From Anaerolineales bacterium (GTDB taxonomy: Bacteria; Chloroflexota; Anaerolineae; Anaerolineales; Villigracilaceae): DNA of 64,000 bases. The stretch is from assembly GCA_013140605.1 (NCBI GenBank), contig JABFSL010000042.1, forward strand, positions 31,168-95,167, given 5' to 3'. The position numbers and the translations under genes are program-made. The notes below the pieces were generated by a model that saw only the letters and a list, made by a program, of their open reading frames with translations, made no database searches and was not told where the DNA came from. Below, piece by piece: positions 18,772-28,779 of this stretch. The number at the start of each line of letters is the position of its first letter. The first letter of the stretch is position 1.

Positions 18772-19553
18772 ACACTCAAACCATACAAACTGCTGAACCT
18801 TTTTTTCTGCCTGGTGGGCGAACAGGTATATTGCTAATTCATGGATTTACCGGAACACCCAAGGAAATGCGCTGGATGGGGGAATACTTAAACCGTGAAC
18901 TTGGTTTCACTTGTCTTGGTATCCGACTGGCGGGACATGCAACCCGCCCCAAGGATATGGTTCGCTCGCGCTGGACCGATTGGACGGCTTCTGTTGAAGA
19001 TGGTTACAATCTCTTGCGCGGCTCGGTGGATAATATTTATTTTGTTGGGCTTTCGATGGGGGGCGCATTGTCGTTACTTATGTCTACGAAATTGGATGTG
19101 AAGGGTGTGCTGACCATATCAGCGCCTTATCAATTAACAGAAGAACATCCCGCGTGGCAGATACAACTCTATAGTTATTTCAAAACGTATCTTCCAAAAA
19201 CCAAGGGTGAGCCTGGGGCAGGCTGGTTTGATAAGGACGCTTACAAGGATCACATTTCGTATCCATTGAACCCGATCCGCTCGGCGGCGGAGTTGAAGAT
19301 ATTGCTCGACAAGATGCACTTTGCTTTGCCGAAAGTAAATGTGCCTGTCATGTTGATCCATTCCAAAGATGATGCGTATGTGCTTCCTGAAAATATGGAG
19401 AAAATTTACGCAGGGCTGGTTGCTCTGCATGCATCAGACAAGACAAAACTTTACGTGACTGGATCAGGCCATGTCGTTACGCGTGATGCGGCTCGTCATC
19501 AGGTGTTTGAAGCCGCGCGGGATTTCATTCGACGAATTGATAGTCAATCTTAA
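18768..19553 (+). CDS. Alpha/beta-fold carboxylesterase
   Basis: HGFTG oxyanion motif, GLSMGG nucleophile elbow, SGHV catalytic His. Confidence 0.9.
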   Translation: MNTQTIQTAEPFFLPGGRTGILLIHGFTGTPKEMRWMGEYLNRELGFTCLGIRLAGHATRPKDMVRSRWTDWTASVEDGYNLLRGSVDNIYFVGLSMGGALSLLMSTKLDVKGVLTISAPYQLTEEHPAWQIQLYSYFKTYLPKTKGEPGAGWFDKDAYKDHISYPLNPIRSAAELKILLDKMHFALPKVNVPVMLIHSKDDAYVLPENMEKIYAGLVALHASDKTKLYVTGSGHVVTRDAARHQVFEAARDFIRRIDSQS

Positions 19554-19560
19554 GTAGGTT

Positions 19561-19648
19561 ATGTCGTTGCGAGGGCGATGTTTTTCGCCCGAAGCAATCT
19601 CCAGTTAAGAGGAGATTGCTTCGTCGCTACCGCTCCTCGCAACGACAT
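19561..19648. repeat. REP-like element (GTCGTTGCGAG..GAAGCAATC..GATTGCTTC..CTCGCAACGAC)
   Basis: nested inverted repeats ending immediately before the MFS ATG. Confidence 0.88.
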
Positions 19649-20788
19649 ATGAGAGGCATTTTGAATCGCAACTTATTTTTTGTGGCCGCGGCTTTATTTC
19701 TTTGGGGCTTCGGCGAAGGGATGTTCTTTAATTTTGTGCCGATCTATCTTGACGTGCAATTTTTGTTGAGCAAATATCAGATCGGGTTGATCCTTGGCGC
19801 GTTCGGTTTTTCAATGGCAATCACGCATATCCCGGCAGGCCGCCTCGCTGATAGATTTGGGCGCAGGCCTTTGCTGATCGGCGCATGGCTGCTTGGATTG
19901 TTCTCAACATTGGTCATGGGGTTTGCGCAGGTCTTGCCGCTTTTTTTAATTGGATTATTTGCTTATGGATTGACGGCCTTTGTTTCATCGCCATTAAGCA
20001 GTTATGTGACCGCTGCGCGCGGCAAGTGGCCTGTTGGAACTGTACTCTCGCTCACCACTGCGACCTTTGGCATGGGTATGGTGCTGGGGCCCGTCACTGG
20101 CGGATGGATCGGAGACCATTACGGCATGCGCATGAGTTTTTATGTTGCGGCTGTTGTGTTCGTTTTCTCGAACTTGTTTATGAGTCTCATCGAGCATCAG
20201 CCAATTGATCATCACGATCCTGATTCTCCTCCGCTGAGTTTGAGAAGCAATCGACGGTTCATCACTTTAATGGGTGTGCTTGCATTTGCGACGTTCTCAA
20301 TGTATCTTGCTCAGCCGCTAACGCCGAATTTTCTCGAAGGTGTGCGCAGACTTTCATTGAGTCAGACAGGATTGGTCTTTACTGCGGGCGCGTTGGGAAA
20401 CTCGTTGCTGGCAATTACTTTCAGCCGTGCCAATCCTCGCCGCGGATATTTATTTACACAAGCGTTGGTGATTTTGTTTGCGTTTTTTATTTGGAAAGGC
20501 ACAACCCTGCCTGTCTTTGCGTTGGGATATTTTCTGCTGGGCGGGTTCCGTGCAAGCCGCCCAATGGCGATGGCGCAGGCGCGTGAGCTTGTACATGATT
20601 CACAGATGGGAATCACCTATGGCATCATGGAAACTATCAGTTCGGTCATCTTCATCGTCACTCCGCCGATTGCTGGTTATTTATTCGAGCGTGACCCGAT
20701 GATTATTTATCCGCTTGCGATTGGTTTGATTCTTGCTTCGATTGTTGTGAGTTCCATGTTTTTGCCGCGAAAGGAAGCCCATGCTTGA
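19649..20788 (+). CDS. MFS transporter
   Basis: GRLADRFGRRP motif A; about 12 TM segments; start uncertain (19616 or 19649). Confidence 0.9.
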   Translation: MRGILNRNLFFVAAALFLWGFGEGMFFNFVPIYLDVQFLLSKYQIGLILGAFGFSMAITHIPAGRLADRFGRRPLLIGAWLLGLFSTLVMGFAQVLPLFLIGLFAYGLTAFVSSPLSSYVTAARGKWPVGTVLSLTTATFGMGMVLGPVTGGWIGDHYGMRMSFYVAAVVFVFSNLFMSLIEHQPIDHHDPDSPPLSLRSNRRFITLMGVLAFATFSMYLAQPLTPNFLEGVRRLSLSQTGLVFTAGALGNSLLAITFSRANPRRGYLFTQALVILFAFFIWKGTTLPVFALGYFLLGGFRASRPMAMAQARELVHDSQMGITYGIMETISSVIFIVTPPIAGYLFERDPMIIYPLAIGLILASIVVSSMFLPRKEAHA

Positions 20789-21419
20789 GATACTCTCTTT
20801 CACACTTGGCCCCGCTTCAACCAATGCCTATCTGGTTGCTGACCCCGAAACAAAAGAAGCGGCTGTCATTGACCCATCCTGGGATGGACATATCATCCTC
20901 AAAGCCGCTCAGGATCGCGGCTGGCGGATTGGTCATCTCTGGTACACGCACGCGCATTTCGATCATATTGGCGGGGCGGCGGCGATTGCCGATGCGCTCA
21001 ATCCATTGCCGCATGTTGCTCTCCATCCCGATGACCATGTCCTCTGGCGCGCGGGCGGTGGCGGTGCGCTCTTCGGCTTTGACATTGATCCTGGTCCCGA
21101 ACCGACGATTGATTTTGCGCATGGCATGATTCTCAAACTCGGCTCCAATGAATTTGAAGTGCGCCATACACCGGGGCATACCCGCGGACTTTGTGTGCTG
21201 TATGTAGCAAAGGAAAATATCTGTTTTTGCGGCGACCTGATCTTCAACGGCAGTGTTGGCCGCACCGACCTGCCCGGCGGCGATTTTGCAACTTTGGCAA
21301 ACAGCATCCGCACGCAAATTTTTACCATGCCCGATGAAACCCGTCTGCTTTCTGGTCATGGTTCTGAAACGACTGTGGGGCGTGAGAAAATTTATAATCC
21401 ATTTGTTGGAATAAATTAA
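20781..21419 (+). CDS. Metallo-beta-lactamase-fold hydrolase (glyoxalase II-like)
   Basis: THAHFDH, HTPGHT, GDLIF, GRTDLPGG and GHG motifs. Confidence 0.93.
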   Translation: MLEILSFTLGPASTNAYLVADPETKEAAVIDPSWDGHIILKAAQDRGWRIGHLWYTHAHFDHIGGAAAIADALNPLPHVALHPDDHVLWRAGGGGALFGFDIDPGPEPTIDFAHGMILKLGSNEFEVRHTPGHTRGLCVLYVAKENICFCGDLIFNGSVGRTDLPGGDFATLANSIRTQIFTMPDETRLLSGHGSETTVGREKIYNPFVGIN

Positions 21420-21458
21420 TTCCCGTATAATCTGAAAAAAAACAGTGAGGAGATAAAA

Positions 21459-22583
21459 ATGAAAAATCCAAATGCACAAAATCAAAAGACTAATTCAACG
21501 CCGCCTTCCGAACCAAGACCATCTTTCCTCTCTTTAATTCCACGCTGGCTGATCGGATTGGTTATAGGAGTAATTGTTATTGCTGTCCTTGCCAATTTTA
21601 GCAAGTCATTTTGGTATTTTGAAGTGGTTGAGAACGATCAAGTTGGTGTAACCATTGAAGCGGGCGAAATCCAGGGTGTTGTACAACCGGGTATTGCTTA
21701 TGATTTTGGCCTGTTTGTGGATCTGGTTAAGATTACGACCAGCGCAGTTGCCATCACAGTGGATGACCCCGAATTGATCACAATTGATAAACAACGCATT
21801 GGATTGGAAGTAACCGCTGATGTGTTTCGTCCGCGTGAAGCTGATGTTGTTATCTCGAATTATTCGCGATATCGAAATATTTATTTGAACGACGAATCCC
21901 TCCAACAACGCATGACAGCCTTTACCTTGCAGGCCATGAAGGTTTGCGTTGGCGACAAGAAATTTGATGAGGCAGTGATCGGATCGGGCCGTGACGATCT
22001 GCGTGCCTGCATTGACGAAGAGTTGAGCGGGCTGGCTGAACCGCTGGGCTTGGAAGTACGAAATGTGGCCGTACCGCAAATTTCAATTTCGCCCGAAGTA
22101 CAGGCCGGGCTTGACGCAATTGTGCAAAGCCGTTTGGCTACTGAAAAGGCAAAGCAGGATGCTGAAAAGGCCAAGCAGGAAGCCATTGCCCAACAGGCTG
22201 TGGAGGAGGGTCGAATCCGTGTGGAACAGTCGAAATTGCAGGAAGAGGCGCGCCAACAAGCCATTCTTCAGGAACTAAAACAGCAGCAATTGGCGGCAGA
22301 GTTGGCCGTGATCGAACAGGAGACTGTCAATGCTCAAGCGCAATTGAATCTCACAAAGGCGCAGCAACAGGTCGCGGATGAACAGGCAAGAGTGGATATT
22401 GCCAAGGAATTGGCGCTTGCTCAAATGTACGCCAGCCATCCAGAATATGTTGCTTTGCAAATCGCGCTGGCAAATTCAACAGCCATCAAAGACACAGATA
22501 AACTCATTTTCACGCCGGATGGCGTCTTCCCGAATTTGATCTTCTCGAACGGCACACTGCCAACATTCAATGTAAATCCGTAA
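21459..22583 (+). CDS. SPFH/band-7 domain membrane protein with coiled-coil tail
   Basis: N-terminal TM helix, band-7-like core, AQQ/EQ-rich coiled coil. Confidence 0.8.
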   Translation: MKNPNAQNQKTNSTPPSEPRPSFLSLIPRWLIGLVIGVIVIAVLANFSKSFWYFEVVENDQVGVTIEAGEIQGVVQPGIAYDFGLFVDLVKITTSAVAITVDDPELITIDKQRIGLEVTADVFRPREADVVISNYSRYRNIYLNDESLQQRMTAFTLQAMKVCVGDKKFDEAVIGSGRDDLRACIDEELSGLAEPLGLEVRNVAVPQISISPEVQAGLDAIVQSRLATEKAKQDAEKAKQEAIAQQAVEEGRIRVEQSKLQEEARQQAILQELKQQQLAAELAVIEQETVNAQAQLNLTKAQQQVADEQARVDIAKELALAQMYASHPEYVALQIALANSTAIKDTDKLIFTPDGVFPNLIFSNGTLPTFNVNP

Positions 22584-22624
22584 GATCTCAATCTGATACA
22601 TCCCGCATGATCCAATTTTAAATG

Positions 22625-22664
22625 ATAACAAAACAGGATGACCAAAGTCATCCTGTTTTGTTAT
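22625..22664. terminator. Bidirectional terminator between convergent genes
   Basis: ataacaaaacaggatgac-caaa-gtcatcctgttttgttat, 18-bp perfect stem. Confidence 0.8.
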
Positions 22665-22670
22665 TAACTT

Positions 22671-23870
22671 TTATTCAACATGGTCGAGATATTTTAATCC
22701 CGAACCTGTGTTGAAGATCACAACGCGCTCATCAGGTTCGATCCATTTTTGCGTGATGAGTTCCTTCAATGCGGCCAGTGTCGCGGCGCCTTCAGGAGCG
22801 GCGAAGATACCTTCCTGCACGGCCAGATTTTTCTGCGCTTCAAGGATGGCCGCATCGCTGACGGCTACTGCCGTCCCTGCGCTTTCGCGGATGTTTGCAA
22901 GAATGAGACGGTCTGCGAAACTCTTTGGCACGCGTAAACCGGATGCCATCGTTTGCGCACCCAGCCAAAAGTCACAGAATGATGCGCCTGAGTTGAATGC
23001 CTTGATGACCGGCGCGCATCCTTCCGCCTGTACCGATACCATGCGCGGACGTTTTGTATCGTTCAGCCAGCCAAGTTCTTCGAGTTCGTTAAAGGCCTTC
23101 CACATGCCGACGAGTCCCGTGCCGCCGCCGGTTGGGTAGATGATCACATCGGGCAGTGTCCAGTCGAAGGATTCTGCCAGCTCGTAGCCCATGATCTTTT
23201 TGCCTTCCATGCGATACGGCTCTTTGAAGGTTGAGACATCGAACCAGCCTTCGGCGTGGGCTTTTTCGCCAGCCATGCCGGCCGCGTCGCTGATGAGTCC
23301 ATCCACAAGGATAACTTCAGCGCCCGCAATTCGGCTTTCGATGATATTTGCGGTTGGCGTGTCTTTCGGCATATAGATTAGCGCCTGCATACCGGCACGC
23401 GCGGCGTAAGCCGCCATGGCACCGCCAGCGTTGCCAGCGGTGGGGATAATAACTTTTTTAATGCCCAGTTCCCTGGCCTTGGATATGGCGGCTGAAAGTC
23501 CGCGCGCTTTGAATGAGCCAGTGGGATTACTGCTTTCATCTTTAACAAAAAGATTGGAGAGCCCCAGATCGTTTCCTGTTCTGGGGAGATGCAAGATGGC
23601 TGTGTCGCCTTCGCCCAGCGTAACCATGTTTTGAGGTTCACGCACGGGCAACAGTTCATGCCAGCGCCACATGCCTTTGAGCCGCATATGGACTTCGTCG
23701 CGGTCTACATGCTGCTTTGCAGCAGCAAGATCGTAATTGACAATAAGGGGTGACTGGCAATTGGGACAATACGTATGAATTTCAGCGGCCGAGAATAATG
23801 TCCCGCAATCGGAGCATTGCAGTTCGGTCATGTATGAGATTTTTTCAGGGATGTTCACTTTGTTGGGCAT
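22671..23870 (-). CDS. Threonine synthase-like PLP enzyme (stand-alone paralog)
   Basis: N-terminal CxxC..CxxC, PTGSFKARG PLP lysine, TAGNAG, PTGGGTG; start set to ATG 23870 behind TGnTACAAT; substrate unverified. Confidence 0.85.
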   Translation of the reverse strand: MPNKVNIPEKISYMTELQCSDCGTLFSAAEIHTYCPNCQSPLIVNYDLAAAKQHVDRDEVHMRLKGMWRWHELLPVREPQNMVTLGEGDTAILHLPRTGNDLGLSNLFVKDESSNPTGSFKARGLSAAISKARELGIKKVIIPTAGNAGGAMAAYAARAGMQALIYMPKDTPTANIIESRIAGAEVILVDGLISDAAGMAGEKAHAEGWFDVSTFKEPYRMEGKKIMGYELAESFDWTLPDVIIYPTGGGTGLVGMWKAFNELEELGWLNDTKRPRMVSVQAEGCAPVIKAFNSGASFCDFWLGAQTMASGLRVPKSFADRLILANIRESAGTAVAVSDAAILEAQKNLAVQEGIFAAPEGAATLAALKELITQKWIEPDERVVIFNTGSGLKYLDHVE

Positions 23871-23900
23871 GGGATATTGTAGCATTTATGGTTATTGATT

Positions 23901-24290
<390 letters not shown>

Positions 24291-24301
24291 AGCGTTCTCC
24301 T

Positions 24302-25945
24302 TTATGCTCCGTTCTTATCTTCAATGGTATGGATTAGTTGATCAACAAATTTTCGAGGCTGCAACGAGCCTTTTTGATACAAGGCTTCGATATTGCCGTT
24401 CAATCTTCTTCGTTCTTCAACGGTGATGTCTTTTGCGCTGACAACAACCACCGGAATATCCCTGGTGCGCGGATCGAGTTTGAGTTCCTCCACCAGGCCA
24501 AATCCATCCATGCCGGGCATGGTCAGGTCGGTGATGATAAGGTCGGGCAATTTTTGACGCGCCATTGCCAGTCCTTCCCAGCCGTCATTGGCATGATATA
24601 CCCGATAGGATTTTTTTCCTTCGAGCAGGCGGCGGATGAGCAAGGCATCGTCCGGGTTATCGTCAATCAATAGCACTGTGGTTGTCTTCTCATCCAGGTT
24701 TTCAAGCGCGGCTTCCAATCCTTCGCGCGGGGCGGGCGCTTGCGACTCGCTTAAGTGGACATCCACTGCAAATTGATCTTCGAGCACATGCTTTTCAACC
24801 GGGAAGGTATGTCCTGTACAATTGACCACCACAGTTTCATCTTTTCCAATAATGTCATTTCGAAGCATTTTTTCAAGGCCTGCAAATGCCACCGCTGTTG
24901 CCGGCTCCACAGCCATGCCTTCGCTTTTCGCAAGCGCACGCATGGATGCAAAGGCTTCAGCGTCTGTTACAGATTCCATGATGCCGCCAAATTTTTGCGT
25001 GAGATTCCACAGATAGGTGTACGATTTGCCCGGGTCGCCGGTGGAAAGAATAATGATGCGCGTATCGGGAATGACAGGTTCTGCAGTATCTTTGCCAGCT
25101 TTGAAGGCCTTCACCATAGGTGAACAACCTTCGGCCTGGATGACTGCCAGTTTGGGAACGCGTTCGATCAAACCCATTTTATGAAGTTCTGTAAATCCCT
25201 GATACACACCCAGCGGCCCCAATCCGCCGCTTACTGATTGGATATACCAATCCGGCGCTCTCCAGCCAAGCTGCTCCACGATCTCGTATGCGATGGTCTT
25301 CATGGATTCGCGGGCGGGGATGGAACTGGAGCCGCGGTCGAGCCACAAATGTTTTCTTTGGGCGAATTGGGATGCGATCTGTTTTGTCTGATCGTAATTG
25401 CCGCTGACTCGAATAACCTCCGCGCCGAAGAGAGCGGCTTCTCGCAGCTTTTCCTGCGGAACGAGGCTGGTCATAAAGACCCAGAGCTTGATCCCAGCCC
25501 GGGCACAGGCGGCGGCGTATGCGACAGCGGCATTGCCGGTCGAAGCGATGACTGCCTCGCGGATGCCGCCTTCATTCATTGCGGCGACAGCCACAGCGGC
25601 CTGACGGTCTTTGAAGGAACTGGTCGGCCCGTAGCGTTCATCCTTCAAGTAAACAGAATCATGCCCGAGCGCAGGGGCGAAGCGTTGCGACAGCCAGAGC
25701 GGAGTCCCGCCAGCGGGGTAGAGGTCCAAAGCGTTGAGATTGTTGAGCGGTAAGACATCCGAATAACGCCACATGTTGGCGGGGCGGTTGGGCAGGCCGC
25801 GCAAAATTTCGCGTTTGAATGCGGTGTAATCATAACGGGCTTCGAGCCATTGCGCGCCGCAGTGAACGCAGGTTGCGGGTATGAAGGCTTCGTAGGGTTG
25901 CTGCTTCCCGCAAATATTACATTCCAAAAATTTCGGTGTCGCCAT
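24302..25945 (-). CDS. Threonine synthase-like PLP enzyme fused to a C-terminal receiver domain
   Basis: CxxC..CxxC, PTSSFKDRQ, STGNAA, EPATA; then IDDNPDD..ITDLTMPGMDG..SAK..QKG; start moved from 26188 to 25945. Confidence 0.88.
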   Translation of the reverse strand: MATPKFLECNICGKQQPYEAFIPATCVHCGAQWLEARYDYTAFKREILRGLPNRPANMWRYSDVLPLNNLNALDLYPAGGTPLWLSQRFAPALGHDSVYLKDERYGPTSSFKDRQAAVAVAAMNEGGIREAVIASTGNAAVAYAAACARAGIKLWVFMTSLVPQEKLREAALFGAEVIRVSGNYDQTKQIASQFAQRKHLWLDRGSSSIPARESMKTIAYEIVEQLGWRAPDWYIQSVSGGLGPLGVYQGFTELHKMGLIERVPKLAVIQAEGCSPMVKAFKAGKDTAEPVIPDTRIIILSTGDPGKSYTYLWNLTQKFGGIMESVTDAEAFASMRALAKSEGMAVEPATAVAFAGLEKMLRNDIIGKDETVVVNCTGHTFPVEKHVLEDQFAVDVHLSESQAPAPREGLEAALENLDEKTTTVLLIDDNPDDALLIRRLLEGKKSYRVYHANDGWEGLAMARQKLPDLIITDLTMPGMDGFGLVEELKLDPRTRDIPVVVVSAKDITVEERRRLNGNIEALYQKGSLQPRKFVDQLIHTIEDKNGA

Positions 25946-25946
25946 T

Positions 25947-28739
25947 TTATTTTTCCGTTTTCTCGATCGGTTCAGCGAGTTTTGCTTCAAGCGGCAGTTC
26001 CACAAAGAAGGTACAGCCTTCGCCTGGGATGCCGGTACTTTCTGCCCAAATGTGACCGCCATGCATTTCCACGAGACGGCGGCTGATGGGCAGGCCGAGA
26101 CCTGTGCCGCCGGCTTTGCGTGTGGTGGATGAATCCACTTGTGTAAACTCCTGGAAGACCGCTTCCAATTTGTCGGTGGGGATGCCAATGCCGGTGTCGT
26201 GGACAGCGATCAAGGCATGCTCATTTTGTAATGAGGCGCTCAGGGAGATTTTGCCTTTCTCTGTAAACTTAATTGCGTTGTTGACGATGTTGATCATGAT
26301 CTGGCGCAGGCGGGTGCGGTCTGCAAATATTTCCAATTCCTGATCTGAATTGCTCTCGATAAACAGCGAGAGATTTTTTTCGCTTGCCAGCGTGGATGTG
26401 ATGCTGGTTACTTCTTCGAGGATTTCGTGAACCCTGAGTTTTTCAGGCGCCAGGTTCATCTTGCCTGATTCGATCTTGGCCATATCCAACACATCGTTGA
26501 TCAGGTGCAGGAGGTGTTGTCCATTTTTCTGGATCAACCCCAGGTCGTTGGCCATGTTTTCTGTCAGCGGGCCATCCAGTTCTTCGAGCATTACATCAGA
26601 GAAACCGAGGATGGAGTTGAGCGGTGTGCGTAATTCGTGTGACATGTTGGCGAGGAAGGATGACTTGAGGCGATCCAACTCGCGCAATTGAGTTACAGTT
26701 GCAGATTGTTCCATGTATAGACGGGCGTTTTGTAAAGCCACTGCCACTTGTGATGCAAGGGTGGTGTAGATGTTGGCATCTTCCGTGCTGAAATGCCCCA
26801 CTAAATCGGATTGGACATCGAACACACCGATAACCTTATCGCCTGAGATCATTGGCACAGCCATTTCTGAGCGGGTTTCAGGGAGAAATGGGTTGGGGAG
26901 AAAATCAGGGTCACTCCGTATATCATTCACGATGATGGCGCTGCGCGCGCGGGTGGCGCGTGCCATAAGGGATTTTTCATCGTCCATTTGAATGGAGTGA
27001 CCTGCGGCAACCATTTGCCTGCCGACTTCGCCCGCGCCTGCCGCGAGTAACAGCGTATTCCATGATTGATCGGCGAGATAGATGTGAGTATGGTAGATCT
27101 TGAAGCGTTCCTTTGTCAGGTCCACAACGGATTGCAGTAATTCATCCGGGTTCAACACGGTGGAGGCTGTTGAGCTAACGACGGCCACCGTTTCCAGTTG
27201 GTTCGCGCGCTGCGCCAAAATCGCTTCGTCACGCTTGCGCTGGGTAATGTCACGTTGGACGGCTACAAACTGGAGAATTTCTCCGCGTTCATCTGCAATA
27301 GGTGAGATGGTGAGTTGGGCGTTGTAAAAAGAGCCGTCTTTGTGACGATTTGTTACTTCACCGCTCCATGTCTGACCCGATAGAATGGTTCCCCACATAA
27401 CTTTATAGAAGTTTGCATCCTGTTCCCCGCTCTTAAGCAGGCGCGGGTTGCCTCCCATAGCCTCATTCACTGTATAGCCAGTGGTTTTCTCAAAAGCGGG
27501 ATTGGCGAATTGAATAGTGCCTGTGCGGTCGGTGATGACAACCATATCGGCTGTAGACTCGACCGCGCGAGCCAGACGGCGGGTTTCTGCCAGCGACTTC
27601 TGTGTCTCTTCGAACAAGCGCAGGTTTTCGAGGTGTACGCTGACCCGTTCCGCAATGGCGAGTGCCATCTCGGCGGCCTGCGGCGGAATTTCCTTCCAGC
27701 CTGCCACAGCCAATTGGCCGATGGTCTCACCGCGCACTGTGAGAGGCTGCGTAAAATTTACTTCCTGCGTAATGGGTGATTCTTTGATGGATGTGACTTG
27801 ATTGGAATCGTAAACAAAACCGAGGGTGGAAAGATCCTTGTTGGTGGTGTAGGTCTGCCAGCTTTCGTGGGTGAGGCGGCGGGTGGCTGATTCTGCTTCG
27901 GCGCGGGCGCGTGATGCATCTGCCAGCAGGCGGATGTTTTCCACTTGTTGCGCAACTTGTTTTGCGATTGCGCTGACCATTACCTTGTCGTCGCTTGTGA
28001 ATGGATGGGATGGGTCGGGTTCCAAATACAAGGTCCCGACATGTTCATCCATGACATTCACAGATTCGCGGAAACCTTCATCAGATTGCGGCTTTTCCAC
28101 ATCATAAGGTAAGACAGAGGCCTGATCGTAAGAATAGCCAACGCGTTCACTGTGATGAATCGCGTCGAGATAAGAATCCCAGTTTTCGTGCATGAAGCGG
28201 CGGGTGGCTGATTCTGCTTCGGCGCGGGCACGTTCCGTGGCGGTGAGCAGGCGCAGGTTCTGGATTTGAAGCGAAGCCTGTTGGGCAACGGCGTTGAGCA
28301 GGCTGGTTTCATCTTTTGTCCAAGGACGTTCAGACGGCGGTTCGATCTGCATTTCACCGATCAATTGTCCGCTGGCTGTTAGTGGAGCAGTGATGGCATC
28401 TGTCCCTTCGTTTGTTTCAGGTGACAGCAATTGAAGCGACTTCACTCCATCCTTGGAATATGAATAGCCCATATGCTCCTTCTCATAAAGCATGGGAGCT
28501 GTGGGACGCTGCGGCGTATCATTAATAATGGGTGCGTCTTCCTGTATGGCGGAGCGTTTTTCGCTTTCCAAAAACTGCGTTTCCAGTTCGCAAAGGCGTT
28601 TATATAACTCCTTGATTTCCGCATGAAATACAGATGGAGAAATGGACGGGTCGGCCTTGATACTTTCCATATCTGCGAAAAGCGCATCAAGCCGCTGACG
28701 AAATTGGTTGTTGAACATGCCTGCTATCTCCTGAACCAT
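25947..28739 (-). CDS. Soluble histidine kinase: three partial GAF-like units, PAS, GAF, HisKA, HATPase
   Basis: NMSHELRTPLNSI, NNAIKFT, DTGIGI and GGTGLGL motifs; PAS (ITDRTGTIQFANPAFE); no TM segment. Confidence 0.93.
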   Translation of the reverse strand: MVQEIAGMFNNQFRQRLDALFADMESIKADPSISPSVFHAEIKELYKRLCELETQFLESEKRSAIQEDAPIINDTPQRPTAPMLYEKEHMGYSYSKDGVKSLQLLSPETNEGTDAITAPLTASGQLIGEMQIEPPSERPWTKDETSLLNAVAQQASLQIQNLRLLTATERARAEAESATRRFMHENWDSYLDAIHHSERVGYSYDQASVLPYDVEKPQSDEGFRESVNVMDEHVGTLYLEPDPSHPFTSDDKVMVSAIAKQVAQQVENIRLLADASRARAEAESATRRLTHESWQTYTTNKDLSTLGFVYDSNQVTSIKESPITQEVNFTQPLTVRGETIGQLAVAGWKEIPPQAAEMALAIAERVSVHLENLRLFEETQKSLAETRRLARAVESTADMVVITDRTGTIQFANPAFEKTTGYTVNEAMGGNPRLLKSGEQDANFYKVMWGTILSGQTWSGEVTNRHKDGSFYNAQLTISPIADERGEILQFVAVQRDITQRKRDEAILAQRANQLETVAVVSSTASTVLNPDELLQSVVDLTKERFKIYHTHIYLADQSWNTLLLAAGAGEVGRQMVAAGHSIQMDDEKSLMARATRARSAIIVNDIRSDPDFLPNPFLPETRSEMAVPMISGDKVIGVFDVQSDLVGHFSTEDANIYTTLASQVAVALQNARLYMEQSATVTQLRELDRLKSSFLANMSHELRTPLNSILGFSDVMLEELDGPLTENMANDLGLIQKNGQHLLHLINDVLDMAKIESGKMNLAPEKLRVHEILEEVTSITSTLASEKNLSLFIESNSDQELEIFADRTRLRQIMINIVNNAIKFTEKGKISLSASLQNEHALIAVHDTGIGIPTDKLEAVFQEFTQVDSSTTRKAGGTGLGLPISRRLVEMHGGHIWAESTGIPGEGCTFFVELPLEAKLAEPIEKTEK

Positions 28740-28779
28740 CCATCAGAAACAATCAGAGATTGGGACATAAAAGCATCCA

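Noticed and set aside
25946-26188. 81-aa N-terminal extension of the ThrC-REC protein, and similar extensions of rsmG, aroF2, aroA, MFS and CaiB
   Set aside because: The extensions overlap upstream genes or repeats; family homology starts at the downstream ATG.
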